Origin: Octopus bimaculoides
Lineage: Eukaryota
DNA: 64,000 nt
Assembly: GCF_001194135.2 (NCBI RefSeq)
Contig: NC_068984.1
Coordinates: 80,179,488 to 80,243,487, forward strand
Direction of reading: 5' to 3'
Shown: one piece after another, positions 12,994-25,258 of the stretch
Layout of the letters: the number at the start of each line of letters is the position of its first letter
Position numbering within the stretch: position 1 is the stretch's first letter
Notes under the pieces: generated by a model
The model's database searches: none
What the model was told of the DNA's origin: nothing
What the model saw: only the letters and a program-made list of their open reading frames with translations
Program-made: the position numbers and the translations under genes

Positions 12994-13095
12994 AATACTT
13001 AATAAAAGATTAAAAATAATTCGCCCTCCAGCAGGAGTGGCAAGATATAAAATGGTACGGCACGAAAAAAGAAAGCCTGCAAGTTGGGCAAAACG
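12994..13095 (+). CDS. Coding exon C (R-ILNKRLKIIRPPAGVARYKMVRHEKRKPASWAK-R)
   Basis: tttctatttctttccacag|A acceptor and ACG|gtaagt donor; 102 nt, phase 2 to 2; only one frame is open; non-repetitive and more GC/CpG-rich than its flanks. Confidence 0.8.
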
Positions 13096-13389
13096 GTAAG
13101 TGCTATCATATTTTTTTTCTTTTATCTTTTACTTGTTTCTGTCATTGTACTGTAGCCATACTGAGACATTTCCAAGATGGTTCATGTTGTAAAAGTTGAC
13201 CCAAGTACGTATTTCTCTTTTTTAAGTTGAGTACTTATTTTATCAGTCCCCTTTTGATGATCTGCTAATTTATGGGGGTTTAAACAAATCAACACCAGTT
13301 GTCAAGTAATGTGCGATGAGGATAAAAGGGTCAAATGGAACAAGCACACACACAAAGACAAACAAAGCATGGAAAATGATGATGAGGAT

Positions 13390-13441
13390 TATGAGGATAT
13401 ATACATACATTTTATATATATATATATTTATATATATATAT

Positions 13442-13514
<73 letters not shown>
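13390..13514. repeat. (AT)n/(GT)n microsatellite
   Basis: Direct reading. Confidence 0.95.
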
Positions 13515-13804
13515 GGAGGCGCAATAGCCCAATAGCCCAATGGTTAGGCCAGCGGACTCCCGGTCGGAGGATCATGGTTTCAATTCCCAGACCGGGCGTT
13601 GTGTGTGTTTATTGAGTGAAAACACGTAAAGTTCCACAAGGCTCTGGCAGGGGGTGGGGGCGACCCCTGTTGTACTCTTTTGCCCCAAATTTTTCCCACT
13701 CTTCCGGTTTTTTGAGTAACGCTGCAATGGACAGGCATCCCATCCAGCTGGGGGGAACACGTATACCATAGAAACGGGGCATGAAAAGGGTGCATAAATA
13801 AATA
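13515..13804 (+). mobile_element. tRNA-headed SINE, distinct family (V-domain-like core)
   Basis: Head ggaggcgcaatagcccaatggttagg with B-box-like ggtttcaattccc, core gcaatggacaggcatcccatccagctgggg, and AT tail running into a gap. Confidence 0.75.
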
Positions 13805-14159
13805 NNNNNNNNNNNNNNNNNNNNNNNNNNNNNNNNNNNNNNNNNNNNNNNNNNNNNNNNNNNNNNNNNNNNNNNNNNNNNNNNNNNNNNNNNNNNNNNN
13901 NNNNNNNNNNNNNNNNNNNNNNNNNNNNNNNNNNNNNNNNNNNNNNNNNNNNNNNNNNNNNNNNNNNNNNNNNNNNNNNNNNNNNNNNNNNNNNNNNNNN
14001 NNNNNNNNNNNNNNNNNNNNNNNNNNNNNNNNNNNNNNNNNNNNNNNNNNNNNNNNNNNNNNNNNNNNNNNNNNNNNNNNNNNNNNNNNNNNNNNNNNNN
14101 NNNNNNNNNNNNNNNNNNNNNNNNNNNNNNNNNNNNNNNNNNNNNNNNNNNNNNNNNNN

Positions 14160-14320
14160 ATCATCATCATCATCATCATCGTTTAACGTCCGCTTTCCAT
14201 GCTAGCATGGGTTGGACGATTTGACTGAGGACTGGTGAAACCGGATGGCAACACCAGGCTCCAGTCTGATTTGGCAGAGTTTCTACAGCTGGATGCCCTT
14301 CCTAACGCCAACCACTCAGA
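14160..14320 (-). mobile_element. Family B 3' fragment
   Basis: (TCA)n tail followed by 139 bp identical to 53355-53493. Confidence 0.9.
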
Positions 14321-14324
14321 GTGT

Positions 14325-14520
14325 TGTTATATTTCAGCAAGGTCACTTTTTCTTTTCTTTTTTTCGCCAAATAAACACACGCACTATATATTCGTTCTTC
14401 ACTTCAGATTTATTTTATTATTGTTCTTATTTTGTCATATGTCTGGAAATCTTTTATCACACATCCTGTAACCTCCTCATCCTATGTATTTCCTCCTGTT
14501 CTGTTTAGTTCATTATGTCT
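14325..14520. mobile_element. Partial copy (left arm) of MITE family M
   Basis: cgccaaataaacacacgcactatatattcgttcttcact...gtctggaaatcttt matches the arms at 26069-26331 and 56527-56820. Confidence 0.7.
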
Positions 14521-17511
14521 TTCTATGGTGTGTATACTTATCTGCACATGTGCTTTTGTCTGTTTTTATTTGTTTGTGTGTGTGTGTGTGTGTACATGTG
14601 TCTATGTTAAAGTTAACCTGTGAACCCACATGCCTAAGACGAAATGGGAAGAAAAAAGAAAAATAGATAAATAAGTAAATAAATGAAATAAAAGAAGAAA
14701 AAAGAAACTAAATAAAGGGCACACATACAAACAATATAGTAAGCAAACCCATATACACATACACACACACTCAAAACACATGAGCAAAACACATAAACAC
14801 ACATACATCCCCTCAGATTTATTTAGCAATTGATTCATTTACAAAACAACTTTTCTGATACTGACATGGACTATAGACTTTTTATGATACCATGAAATTG
14901 TAATACTTTCACAAATTTCTTAGTCATGATTAGCAAACGCGAAACTGGTTGACAATGTAAATATTTTATTTCATAAAAAAAAAATGTAGACACTCTGTTC
15001 ATGTTTCTTCGTATATTTTTCACTATATATATATATCTGTTTCTACATGTGTGTGTTATATGATTTCTTTTTTATAGCATGTTCTCTCCATTGACACTAG
15101 CATAATCCAACAATGAATCTTATATCAAGATGTATACAATGGCTTACAGGTTTGAAGAACAGTAAACATGGATAACTAAAGCAGATTTGTAATTGTTGTT
15201 TAATTCAAGTCTCTTCTGATCAAGCAGACATATGACCATCCTGTCTTAATTACAGGCAAAGTATCCAGAACCATATCATTCAATGTGTCCTTTCTTTCCT
15301 GAAATAGGATTGTGTGGCCTGATGGAAATTTAGCTGCTATATTTAGAAAGTCCAATGACCACATGGAAACTGCCTATTAGTGTTGTTGCTATTGTTTGTT
15401 GTTGTTTTTGCTCCTCAGATCCAGGTCATCTCTGATTGAACAAACTAGTTGTAAATGTTCAATCTCTTTTCATGTATCAAGAACTACATCATCTAATGTG
15501 TCCTTCTTTCTTTTAAGCTGGTAGGGTAGAAATTGAGGGAATTTGGCTGTGATTTCTTGCAAGCTGAGTGACCACATAGAGACTCCTTTTTTGGCTCAAT
15601 TTAACATTGTAACATTTTCTGATGTAACAGTGGTTTTTATTGTTTAATTTTACTTATTCCTTGGAGATAGATAGATAGAGAGAGAAAGAGAGGGAGAGAG
15701 AGAGAGGGGGGGAGACAGACAGCTAAATAGACAAACAGACAGACTGATAGAGAGATTATGAATGAGAGCAAGAGTGATGCTGGAATTATTCTTTATGAGG
15801 ACAGTGTGCCAACATGGCCACAGTGCAGTGACTGACACCAGCAGAAAATAAAAGAATATAGATTGCCCTATAGCTTTATTTTACAGAGTGGCAATACAGA
15901 TATGTTGGGTCAAACTAGTATAGTGAACTATTCATTAGAAGTGTCGTACATTATCAATTCATAAAGATTGGTCTTACTGGAAGCTAGTCCTATGGGAATT
16001 GGGAGACAATTTCAGTAGAGCACTATAATTATGTGCTTAAGTGCAATATTAGAAATAGATATATATACACAGAAACACACACATGAATGCATTTGTATGC
16101 ATACAGACTTACACAGTGTATGTGTGTGTACATGCATGTATGTATGTATATATGTGACACTTTATTTCACGCTGCTCCAGTTCACTCAGCTGTAGAAATG
16201 AGTTGTGACGTCAATGGTGCCAAGCTATATTGGCCTTTGCTTTTTCTTTAGATAACACTGGTGGTGTGGAGCCCTTCCTAATGCCAACTACTCCAAGAGT
16301 GTAGTGGGTGCTTTTCATGTTCCACCGGCACAGGGGCCAGTCAGGTGGAAATGGCATCGACCACTCGAATGATGCTTTTTACTTGCCACCAGCATGGGAA
16401 CCAGTCAGGTGGCACTGGTATAAACCACCATCAAATGGTGCTTTTTATGGTGCTGATCAAGATACTCTTGTGGAATGTGACCAAATGAGGTTTATTTTTT
16501 AACATAGACTGCCTTGCAGTACACTAGCTTCTGCCCTCCATGCTGCAATGCTTGGGTCCTATTGGTGCATCTGTGTGTATGTACATGTTTGTTTACATTT
16601 GCTATTCTTTGAAGTTTATGAACTATAAGCAACGATGCAGTTGTCATTTCCCTTGTCAACAAATTATCTGCTAGCTTAGTGCCCTCAAAAATGGATGATA
16701 TAAGTGATCCTTTACTTGAAAAACAAGTATTAGCAACAGGGAGGGCTTCCATCTGCCAGACAGTGTCTTAGCAATATATCCATCTAACTCATGCTAGCAT
16801 GGAAAAACAGACATATGAACAAACAAATGGAAAAGTGTAATTTATTCATTTGAGGATCAATTACTTTTTTTTAGACATACTGAGTATTAAAAACAACCCA
16901 TATCAGATTGTGATATGTGTATATTATAAACAACATGACTGAGAGCAATATTTACTTTCTATTTCATGCCATCAAAAATATATGAGAATCAATATTCTCT
17001 TCAGTCAAGTTTAATGACTATATACCATCATATAAAATCTGTACCGCCACAAGAAAAGACTATTAGGAACTAAAATATATTTGGTTAAAAATTGTTATCC
17101 ATCATAGTTAACTGACATCGAAATAAAAGAGAGTAGAAGCAATTAACATGAGTGATTTAAAAACTGTAAATTGTGAAAAGAGAAACCAATGTTTTACCTT
17201 ATGAGTACATTTCGACACAATCTTTTGAATATTATGGTCTTTAATTTACCATTTCAAATTAATGTGATCCATGAATGAGATGAATTTTAGAAAACCAAAA
17301 AATAATTAAGAGTGAAAAATGACCAAAATCATTAAAGAGACTTTTCACAAATGCCCAATTACTTTCAAACAATATATCAACCCTGACAGCAAAAACTGTA
17401 GAAGTTAAAATTGTGGAATTTGTATTAATGTATTTGAAGGTTCAGTGTTCTATTTTTAAGAAAAAAAAAAAAGAAAATTTTGAAAAAAATATTTACATCA
17501 CATGACTTCTC

Positions 17512-17741
17512 TAGTCCTCTTTGATACCAACCCAGCTGAAACCATCTCTGGCTCTTAAATACAAACGTCTTTTTTTCAAAAGTTCTGAATTAAAATCTTC
17601 CACCATACCTCAGTCACAATTTATGTTTCTAACGCTAGCTTAATGATAACTAAGTTATTTTACTAAATTTTTTGTTATATCTAAAATTAATTGAAAGAAA
17701 CACAGAGCATCTCAACAGAAATATGGTAATGAAAGGGTTAA
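17512..17741. mobile_element. piggyBac-like MITE, left end degenerate
   Basis: Right end gtaatgaaaggg|TTAA is intact; left end ctagtcctctttgatacc is a decayed inverse. Confidence 0.5.
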
Positions 17742-17892
17742 AGTCTATGTATGGGAGACTAATTTAGACCAAAGTTAGTCCAACAGCACTTAGTATACTA
17801 TTACCTTTGTCTTTCTCTCCTGTACTGTCAATTATCATTCTATTTCACTCAGTCACCAATACTCTTGCTCTTTTTCTCCATGTTCTTGGACT

Positions 17893-18210
17893 GAAGGCAT
17901 GTGGTTTAGTGGTTAGGGTATTTGCTTCACAACCTTCTGGTTGTGAGTTCGATTCCTGGTGATGCATTGTGTCTTTGCACAAGACACTTTATATCATGTT
18001 TCTCCAGTCCACTCAGCTGGCAAAAATAGGCTGTACCTGTAATTCAAAGGGCCAACCTTGTCAAACTTATTGTCACACTGAATCTCTTTAAGAACTACCT
18101 TATGGATACACGTCTGTGGAGTGCTCAGCCACTTGCATGTTAAGTTTATGAGCAGGCTGTTCCAAGGATCAAATCAACTAGAACACTCATCATTGTAGTC
18201 AACAGACTGC
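17893..18210 (+). mobile_element. tRNA-headed SINE family E (CORE-like)
   Basis: A box TGGTTTAGTGG 17902-17912, B box GAGTTCGATTCC 17945-17956, then gcacaagacacttt..ctccagtccactcagctgg; fragments also at about 900-990(-), 16160-16270 and 53700-53860(-). Confidence 0.8.
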
Positions 18211-18439
18211 CTGGCTTCGGACACTATTATCAATCTTTTTCCGAGGTCAAATTGTACCTCTGTCATCACCCTATTCTGTACATCAGGGGTCTCCAACCAC
18301 TTGGTCATGGACCAATAACAGGCCATGGATCATTTAGAACCAGGTCACACAAAAAGAATAAATTTTTCAATTCATTTCTATTTTATTGACTGTCACAATA
18401 CACAGAGTGTGTTTGCATTATATATGTAATATATATATC

Positions 18440-18765
18440 TCAAGAAGACCTGTCCTCCACAGCATAAGTGTTAAGGTCACTCCCGCTGATGAAGAGGATC
18501 GATCTGCAAGAGCCCTGTGCCAGGGTCATGTAAAAAGCACTTGTGCCAGCGCCACATAAGAGTACTTGTGCCAGTGCCACATTAAAAGCACCCAGCACAC
18601 ACTTTAAAGTAGTGGGTGTTAGGAAGGGTATCCAGCCAAAGAAAAGAAGCTAAATCAGACTGGAACCTGGTGCAGCTCTCCTGCTTGTCAGCTCTGATCA
18701 AACTGTCCAACCCATGCCAGCATCGAAAACTGACGTTAAGGGATGATGATGATGATGTCAATGAC
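18440..18765 (+). mobile_element. Family B element starting at the RTE ORF end
   Basis: aagaagacc (EKT-like ORF end), short tandem units, standard B tail and GAT repeats. Confidence 0.8.
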
Positions 18766-18782
18766 AATGTTGTCATCTATTT

Positions 18783-18968
18783 CAGTGTTCCACAACCTTT
18801 TTCCACTTGCGGTACACTTATATTCTTTTCAAGGTTCAATGACACACCTGAATTTAAAATATAGCTGAAAGTATAGGGGAAAAAATTATATTCAGGTTAC
18901 ACTGCGGCACACCTAGTATCATTTCATGGCACACCAATATGCCAAGGCATACTGGTTGCAGAACACTG
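18783..18968. mobile_element. hAT-type MITE (186 bp)
   Basis: Inverted termini cagtgttccacaacc / ggttgcagaacactg (13 of 15 match); flanking 8-mers atctattt / gtctactg resemble a decayed NTCTAGAN-type TSD. Confidence 0.7.
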
Positions 18969-19193
18969 GTCTACTGTATATGTAATGTTATGCACATTAT
19001 TGTATTTTGTTGTATCCTGGTCTGTAGAAAAATTTTCTAATACAAAACTGGTTTGCAAAAATGGTTACCTTTCTCAGATAACGGTGTGCTCCAATCATTC
19101 ATTCCCTTATTTCACATCCTTCTTATCACTTACCTCTATAATACAAGCTTCTCTTTTTTTTATCTTTCTATTACTTATGCTTATCACTCTCAG

Positions 19194-19240
19194 AAGAGAC
19201 TGCAGAGTGAATAGAGAGGAAGGGTTGCAAAGTCCTTTTG
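19194..19240 (+). CDS. Candidate exon D (R-RDCRVNREEGLQSPF-g)
   Basis: Pyrimidine tract ending atcactctcag|A and donor TTG|gtaatg; 47 nt; the only open frame starts in phase 2, compatible with exon C. Confidence 0.4.
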
Positions 19241-20059
19241 GTAATGTTGAGGACATGGCTACATCTCTAATGCTGCTGTCATGAAAAATAATCACTCAGT
19301 ACACTATCTAAAACGGTTTGTGTTATGAAGGGCATGCAGTCATAGAAACCAAGCCAAGAATGCAACACATGAGCAAAATGCAGTCCTTTTCATTTGGGTG
19401 AACACTATCTGCAAATACATGCTAACTCTAACTGTGACAACATTTCCAGCCTGTGCAAGCATAGAAAATGGACTTAGAACAAATAATATGATGATGATAT
19501 ATGTATGTGCTTGTGTGTTCATATATGTGTTCGTGTGTGTGTGTGTGTGTACGTGTACATATGCAAGGCATTAAGGAAATTATTATGTAGTCGCTTCAAA
19601 TCACTTACTCTTTAAAAAAGAATTACACGTTGCAATATGTAGTTCTAACTAGATATGTTGACTGAAAAAATATATAAATAAAAAACATAAAAAAATAATA
19701 ATAAGATATGATAGTTATTGCTAGAACACTATTAATCACAGCTCTGCTTGATAAAATCTGGCTTGGGGCTAACCAAAAATAACTACAAACACACAGATAC
19801 ACAGACATGCACACACAAACACACACAAGCACATACATGATCACTCATATTCACGCTCTTTCTCACAAGCATACGTGTGTGTATGATTAGTGAGAAGTAA
19901 GAAAAATAGCTACACGAATTAGTTTTGACTAGTCATATTATTTTGTTTCAGCTGATTGGTCTTAGTTTTAAAATATGTATGAGCAAATTAGTATCTGTAG
20001 CTCATTTTCAGACCCAGACAGCTCACAGAAAATATTGTCTAGACCAGACACATTTTTAT

Positions 20060-20495
20060 CCTTCATCTTTTACCCTTTTACTTGTTTCAGTCAGTGGACT
20101 ATGGCCATGCTGGGGCATCAGGCATTACCTTGAAGAGTTTTAGTCAAAAATATCGATTCCAGTACTTGTGTATTTTTTTTTTTTTTTTTTAAGTCTTAGT
20201 ATTACATTGTTCTCTTTTGCTGAACTGCTAAGGTACACAGTTGAAAATAAAGCAACACTCATTGTCAAGCAGTGGGGAGGGAAGTGACAAACACAGACAC
20301 AAAGACACGCACACATACACACACATATATATATGATGAGCTTCTGCAGTTTCCATCTACCAAATTCACTCACAAAGCATTAGTCATCCTAGGGATCTAG
20401 TGGATGACACTTGTGCAAAGTGCTGTACAGTGGGACTGAACCTGAAACCATATGATTACAAAGTGAATTTTTTCACCACAGTCATGCCTGCACCT
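20060..20495 (-). mobile_element. SINE family A copy, diverged
   Basis: Family A motifs in reverse order. Confidence 0.8.
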
Positions 20496-20535
20496 GAAAA
20501 TACTTATTTTCATTATTATTATTTATTGGATTAGC

Positions 20536-20752
20536 AAGGTGGCAGGCTGGCAGAAATGTAAGCATACCAGGTGAAATGCTTAGCAGTATTTCGTCTGTCT
20601 TTACGTTCTGAGTTCAAATTCTACCAAGGTAGACTTTGCCTTTCATCCTTTCAGGGTTGATAAATTAAGTACCAATTGCGTACTGGGGTCGATCTAATTG
20701 ACTGTCCCCTTCCCCAAAAATTTCGAGCCTTGTGCCTAGAGTAGAAAAGATT
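20536..20752 (+). mobile_element. tRNA-headed SINE family C (ATT-tailed)
   Basis: Head aaggtggcaggctggcagaa..tag, B box GAGTTCAAATTC 20610-20621, core gactttgcctttcatcctttcagggttgataaattaagtacc. Further copies on - at about 24010-24228, 35395-35545, 36020-36232, 46330-46540, 56330-56500, 56890-57090 and 61745-61957. Confidence 0.85.
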
Positions 20753-21870
20753 ATTAATTGGATCAGCTATGACATTATCCATTGCAGATTCTAAGGAGCT
20801 GATGAAATCCTTTTAAACAGTTACAAATCAACAGCTGTCACAAAATATCTACAGAAGGTAACTTCAGAATACCAAAATTTTAGGTAGAAAGGATTGAGTA
20901 CTAATGTTCTAGGAAGTAAGGATTAAGCATAGAAGTCTGTATGATGGTTGGTGGTGGGTTGATGCAACATAGTGACAAGAAGAGTCAAGAGCATTTGATT
21001 AGTTGTGGCAAGAGACCAGCCACCCTCAAGGAATTGGAAACTACTGTAATAACAGTTGAGAAGAACAAAAATAGGGGAAACCACAACTGTAGCCCAAAGG
21101 CTGAAGTTTGTTGGTCAGTGAGTGAAAGTTAACTGGCTTTCCTTTAATCCTTAGATGACAGCACTGATCTACTGTCCGAAAAGTCAAATGACAAAGAAGA
21201 TTGTATAAGTTCAATCAATTTCCTACAAGTATATATATAGTTTTATATATGTAAAGTAATTCCTTTATGTTTTTGTATTTAAAAAAAAAAATAAGTGCAT
21301 GCCTTCTGTAGGGCTTGTGAAAAGGGCTCCATCTTGGCACAGAAAATCCAAATGAGGCTCCATCCACAAAAGGTTAAAATGTAACCTAGGATTTGTTTGT
21401 ATATTTGTTACAGCAGCCATATCATCTCAGAGATGAGAAAAATACTCCCTTGTGTGTTTCCCTTGAGTTTTAGCAATATTATAGATTCCACCCCTCTTTG
21501 GGAAAAACAATGCTCTGGAGTCTCTACAGCTATTTACTAGAGCCAATTCCCCACTGCTCTCTCTCTCTCTCAATTGTATCTATAATTTAAAGACCCAACA
21601 CTGTTCCATTGTATCACTCTGATAATTGCTTTAAGAGTTCACCTGTTAGAAGAATACTCTGCTTTGATTTCCCATTAATTTCACATAAAGAAATCCATTT
21701 AACCAAACAAACTAACTGAATATGCATTGCTGAGAATGGAAGAACTATCATCATAAAAGCAAATACCAATCAGATACTGGGACAGAGCATATTGACCACA
21801 TCCTTCCATAAATTTTATGGCCTTGTGAACATATTAGAAACCATTATTCTTAAAATCATTATCATTATCA

Positions 21871-22084
21871 TGGAGGTGGGGAACTGGCAGACTCATTAGC
21901 ATGTCAAACAAAATGCTTGACAAAATTTCATCCATCTACATGTTCTGAGTTCAATTTCTGCTGAGGTCAGTTTTGCCTTTTGTCCTTTTGAAGTCAATAA
22001 AATAGGTACCAGTTGAGGACTGGTTTCAATGTAATCGACTTACCACCTCCCCAAAATTGCTGCCCTCATGCCGAAATTTGAAAC

Positions 22085-22132
<48 letters not shown>

Positions 22133-22585
22133 CATCATCATCATGAGGGTGGTAAGCTGGCAGAATTATTAGTGCATTGAACAAAATGCTTAAGGACATT
22201 TTATCCATTTGAGTTCAGAGTTTGGTTTCCACTGAGGTCAGCTTTGCCTTTCATCCATTCGAGGTTGAGCAAATAAGTACCAGTTGAGTACTGGGGTCAT
22301 TATAGTCGACCAAACCCCTTCCCTAAAAGATTTCAGGCTTTGTACCTACAGCAGAAAGAATTATTATCACTATCATCGAGATCAGTGAATTAGCAAAATC
22401 ATTAGAACCTCAGAAAAAATGCCTTGCAGGATTTGTTCTGACTCTTTACATTCTGAGATTAAAACCCATTGGAATCAACTTTGCTTTTTATCCCTTTGTA
22501 GGGGTCAACAAATGAAGTACCAGTCAAGAATTGGGATGGATATACTGGATTAAACCGTGGTTTTGTATCTGTGTTAGAATTTATT
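21871..22585 (+). mobile_element. Three head-to-tail family C SINE copies separated by (ATT)n
   Basis: Heads at about 21871, 22145 and 22376; (ATT)n/(ATC)n at 22085-22144. Confidence 0.8.
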
Positions 22586-23572
22586 GTTACCATTATGATT
22601 TACTTTACATAGGTGCAGACAGGGGTTAGTTAAGAAGTTTGCTTCTCAACCATCTGGTTTTGGGTTCATCCTACTGCATGACATATTGGCCAGGTGTCTT
22701 CTATCTCAGCCACTGGCCAGCCAAAGCCTTGTAAGTGGGTTTGGCAGACAGACAGTGAAAGAAGCATCATGTTATAGTTGCTAATGAGTACCACAAGCAT
22801 ACAAGTGGAGTTATTCATTACTAGTTATGTCCACTCATGTGGAAATATTACCTGCTTTGGATACAAATGAAGGTTGGTGACAGGGAGGGCATCCATCTGT
22901 AGCAAATCTGCTTCACAGAATTCTGTCTAACCCCATGATCATGATGTCTGGTGATCTAGAAAATAAGTACCGGTCTGATACTAAAGAAGTAAATTGCCTA
23001 CAACCTACCCTCTCCCTACAAAAACAAACAAACAACAACAAAAAATTCTAATACCAGTTATCACCTTCTATAAATACTTCAACTCATTTATTACCTTGCT
23101 GTTACTCCAAGAAAGACTGAAGACATATTGCTCTCTTTTGACTGCAAAGTGATCAGAAGCTAAAACAAACATTAGTTATTTAGCTCTTACCGTACCTCAT
23201 CATAAAGAATATATGGAAAAGTAGATAAGTAGCATAGGAAGCATCCAACCATAACAATACTCAAATAATATGCTTCAGTACATAGATAGATCTGTTTATA
23301 TTGAGTTACCTAATGGAATAGCAATAACTATACACTAGAATAGATATTTAGGTTACAAGAACAGGCAAGTGGTGCACATATGAAAGTGCAACAATATCAT
23401 ATATATATATATGCATATGCACTAATACACCCAATATGTGTGTGTGTGTGTTTATAAGTATATGTTTGCATACATATAAATGTATATACAATTTTCAAAC
23501 TGTTAGCATCATTCTGTTCTGTTTTTTAAATTTTCTTTTCAATATTTAATAATTTTTAAGAAAATCTTTCTT

Positions 23573-23574
<2 letters not shown>

Positions 23575-23646
<72 letters not shown>

Positions 23647-23692
23647 GTATACATATATATATATAAACACACACACACACGCGCACACACAC
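23575..23692. repeat. (AT)n followed by (AC)n microsatellite
   Basis: Direct reading. Confidence 0.95.
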
Positions 23693-24559
23693 AGATGAAC
23701 ATAAATAACTTATGTGTATACATAATCATCATTATTGTTCTATGTCTACTTTCCATGCTGGCAAAAGCTTGCTGGATATTTGCTAGTTATCACTGTCTGA
23801 ATCAGTTCTTATCATGAGATGCAGATCTCTTAGGTCAGAGACCCAGATCTTATCCATAAATTTCATTTTGGCATGGTTTCTCTGCATTTTATCATGGTAC
23901 CAGCACTAGTGTGAAGTTGTCATGTTCTTGACAGGTGAAAATGAAAAAGTCCTCTTGCCATATTGAGAGGGATCAAAGCACCCGTAGAACTATTCCACTG
24001 TCTAATGATATACTGGTTTCAAATTTAGGCATAAAACTAGCAATTTTAAGGGAGGGGATTAGTCAATTACATCGACTCCAGTGTTCAACTGGTACTTATT
24101 TTATCAACCTGAAACGATGGAAGGCAAAGTTGACCTTGGCAGAATTTGAACTCAGAATGTCAAGACAGACAAACTGCTGCTAAGCATTTTGTTTGGCACT
24201 GTAATGGTTCTTCCAGCTTGCTGCCTTAACTGTCTGATGAAATATTGAGAAGCATTCAGAGATGGAGTACAGTACAAAAGTGTTTATGCCGAATATTATT
24301 ATCTTCCGCCTCTATCACTACCACAGTTTTACATTCAATTGTCCATGCTTCCATAGGTGTTGAGTTTTATCTTTTTTCAGTCATTAGACTGTGGCCATGC
24401 TGGGGCACCACCTCAAAGAACTTTTAATCAAATGGATTAGCCCCCAGTACTTACATTTCTTTTATAGCCTGTTACTTATTCTATCAGTTCTTTTGCTGAA
24501 ACCACTAGATTATGGGGATGTAAACACACTAACAGCAGAAATGTTAAGGCTACTCCTCC

Positions 24560-24840
24560 TGGTGAAGTGGATTGGCCCTCAAGAGTCCTGTGCCAGTGCC
24601 ACTTAAAAAGGCACACTTCCCAGCACCACAGCAAAGTGCTTGTATTGGTGCCGCATAGCAAGCACCCAGCACACTCTGTAAAGTGGGCAGCATTAGGAAG
24701 TACATCCAGTCGTAGAAACCAAGCCAAATCAGACTGGATCCTGGTGCAGCTCTCCAGCTTGTCAGCACTGGTCAAACTGTCCAACCCATGCCAACATGAA
24801 AAACAGACGTTAAAGGATGATGATGAGGAGGAGGATGCCT
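24560..24840 (+). mobile_element. Family B element
   Basis: Short tandem units followed by the B tail and GAT/GAG repeats. Confidence 0.85.
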
Positions 24841-24849
24841 AACACCAAT

Positions 24850-25200
24850 CAGCATGGTTGTTTATCATGTCCTTCATGAGGTACAACAGCCTGAGATCAG
24901 CTCTCACCGATTTGTCACAAGTCTTTCTCTGTCTCTCCCTCTCTTCCACAGGTTCCATTCAGTTTGAGCATTCTGTATAAAGCTGTCCTGTGTGTATGCA
25001 TTATATGCCTATTCCAATGCAGCTTTCTCTTTCACACACAATATCTGCTTCTTCTTATATTCAGTTTTACTTTCAGCTCATTTGTACTTCATTGTTCATA
25101 TTAATACTACACATCCAGCATATACTTGCTTCATTTCTTTCTATTCTTCACAAATCCTCTGCAACCAAAGCTAATTTCTTGCTATCATGCAGTGTTGCAT
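24850..25200 (-). pseudogene. Decayed RTE-type LINE 3' ORF fragment
   Basis: The minus strand gives LHDSKKLALVAEDL*RIERNEASICWMC...GTCGREGDRERLVT, a degenerate form of the RTE post-RT (thumb) region; a diverged sister copy lies at 46640-47035. Confidence 0.65.
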
Positions 25201-25206
25201 GCTCTG

Positions 25207-25258
<52 letters not shown>

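Noticed and set aside
17893-17965. tRNA gene (also the heads at 6126, 13515 and 20536)
   Set aside because: A/B boxes are present, but there is no complete cloverleaf and each continues into a multi-copy SINE body.
18486-18492. CTGATGA hammerhead core
   Set aside because: No GAAA partner or flanking stems in the required arrangement.
20788-20857. Exon-like segment with cag| and aag|gtaact
   Set aside because: Stops in all three frames.
24940-24960. Strong acceptor ctctcttccacag|G
   Set aside because: It lies within the antisense of a decayed RTE ORF, and no matching donor or open exon was found.
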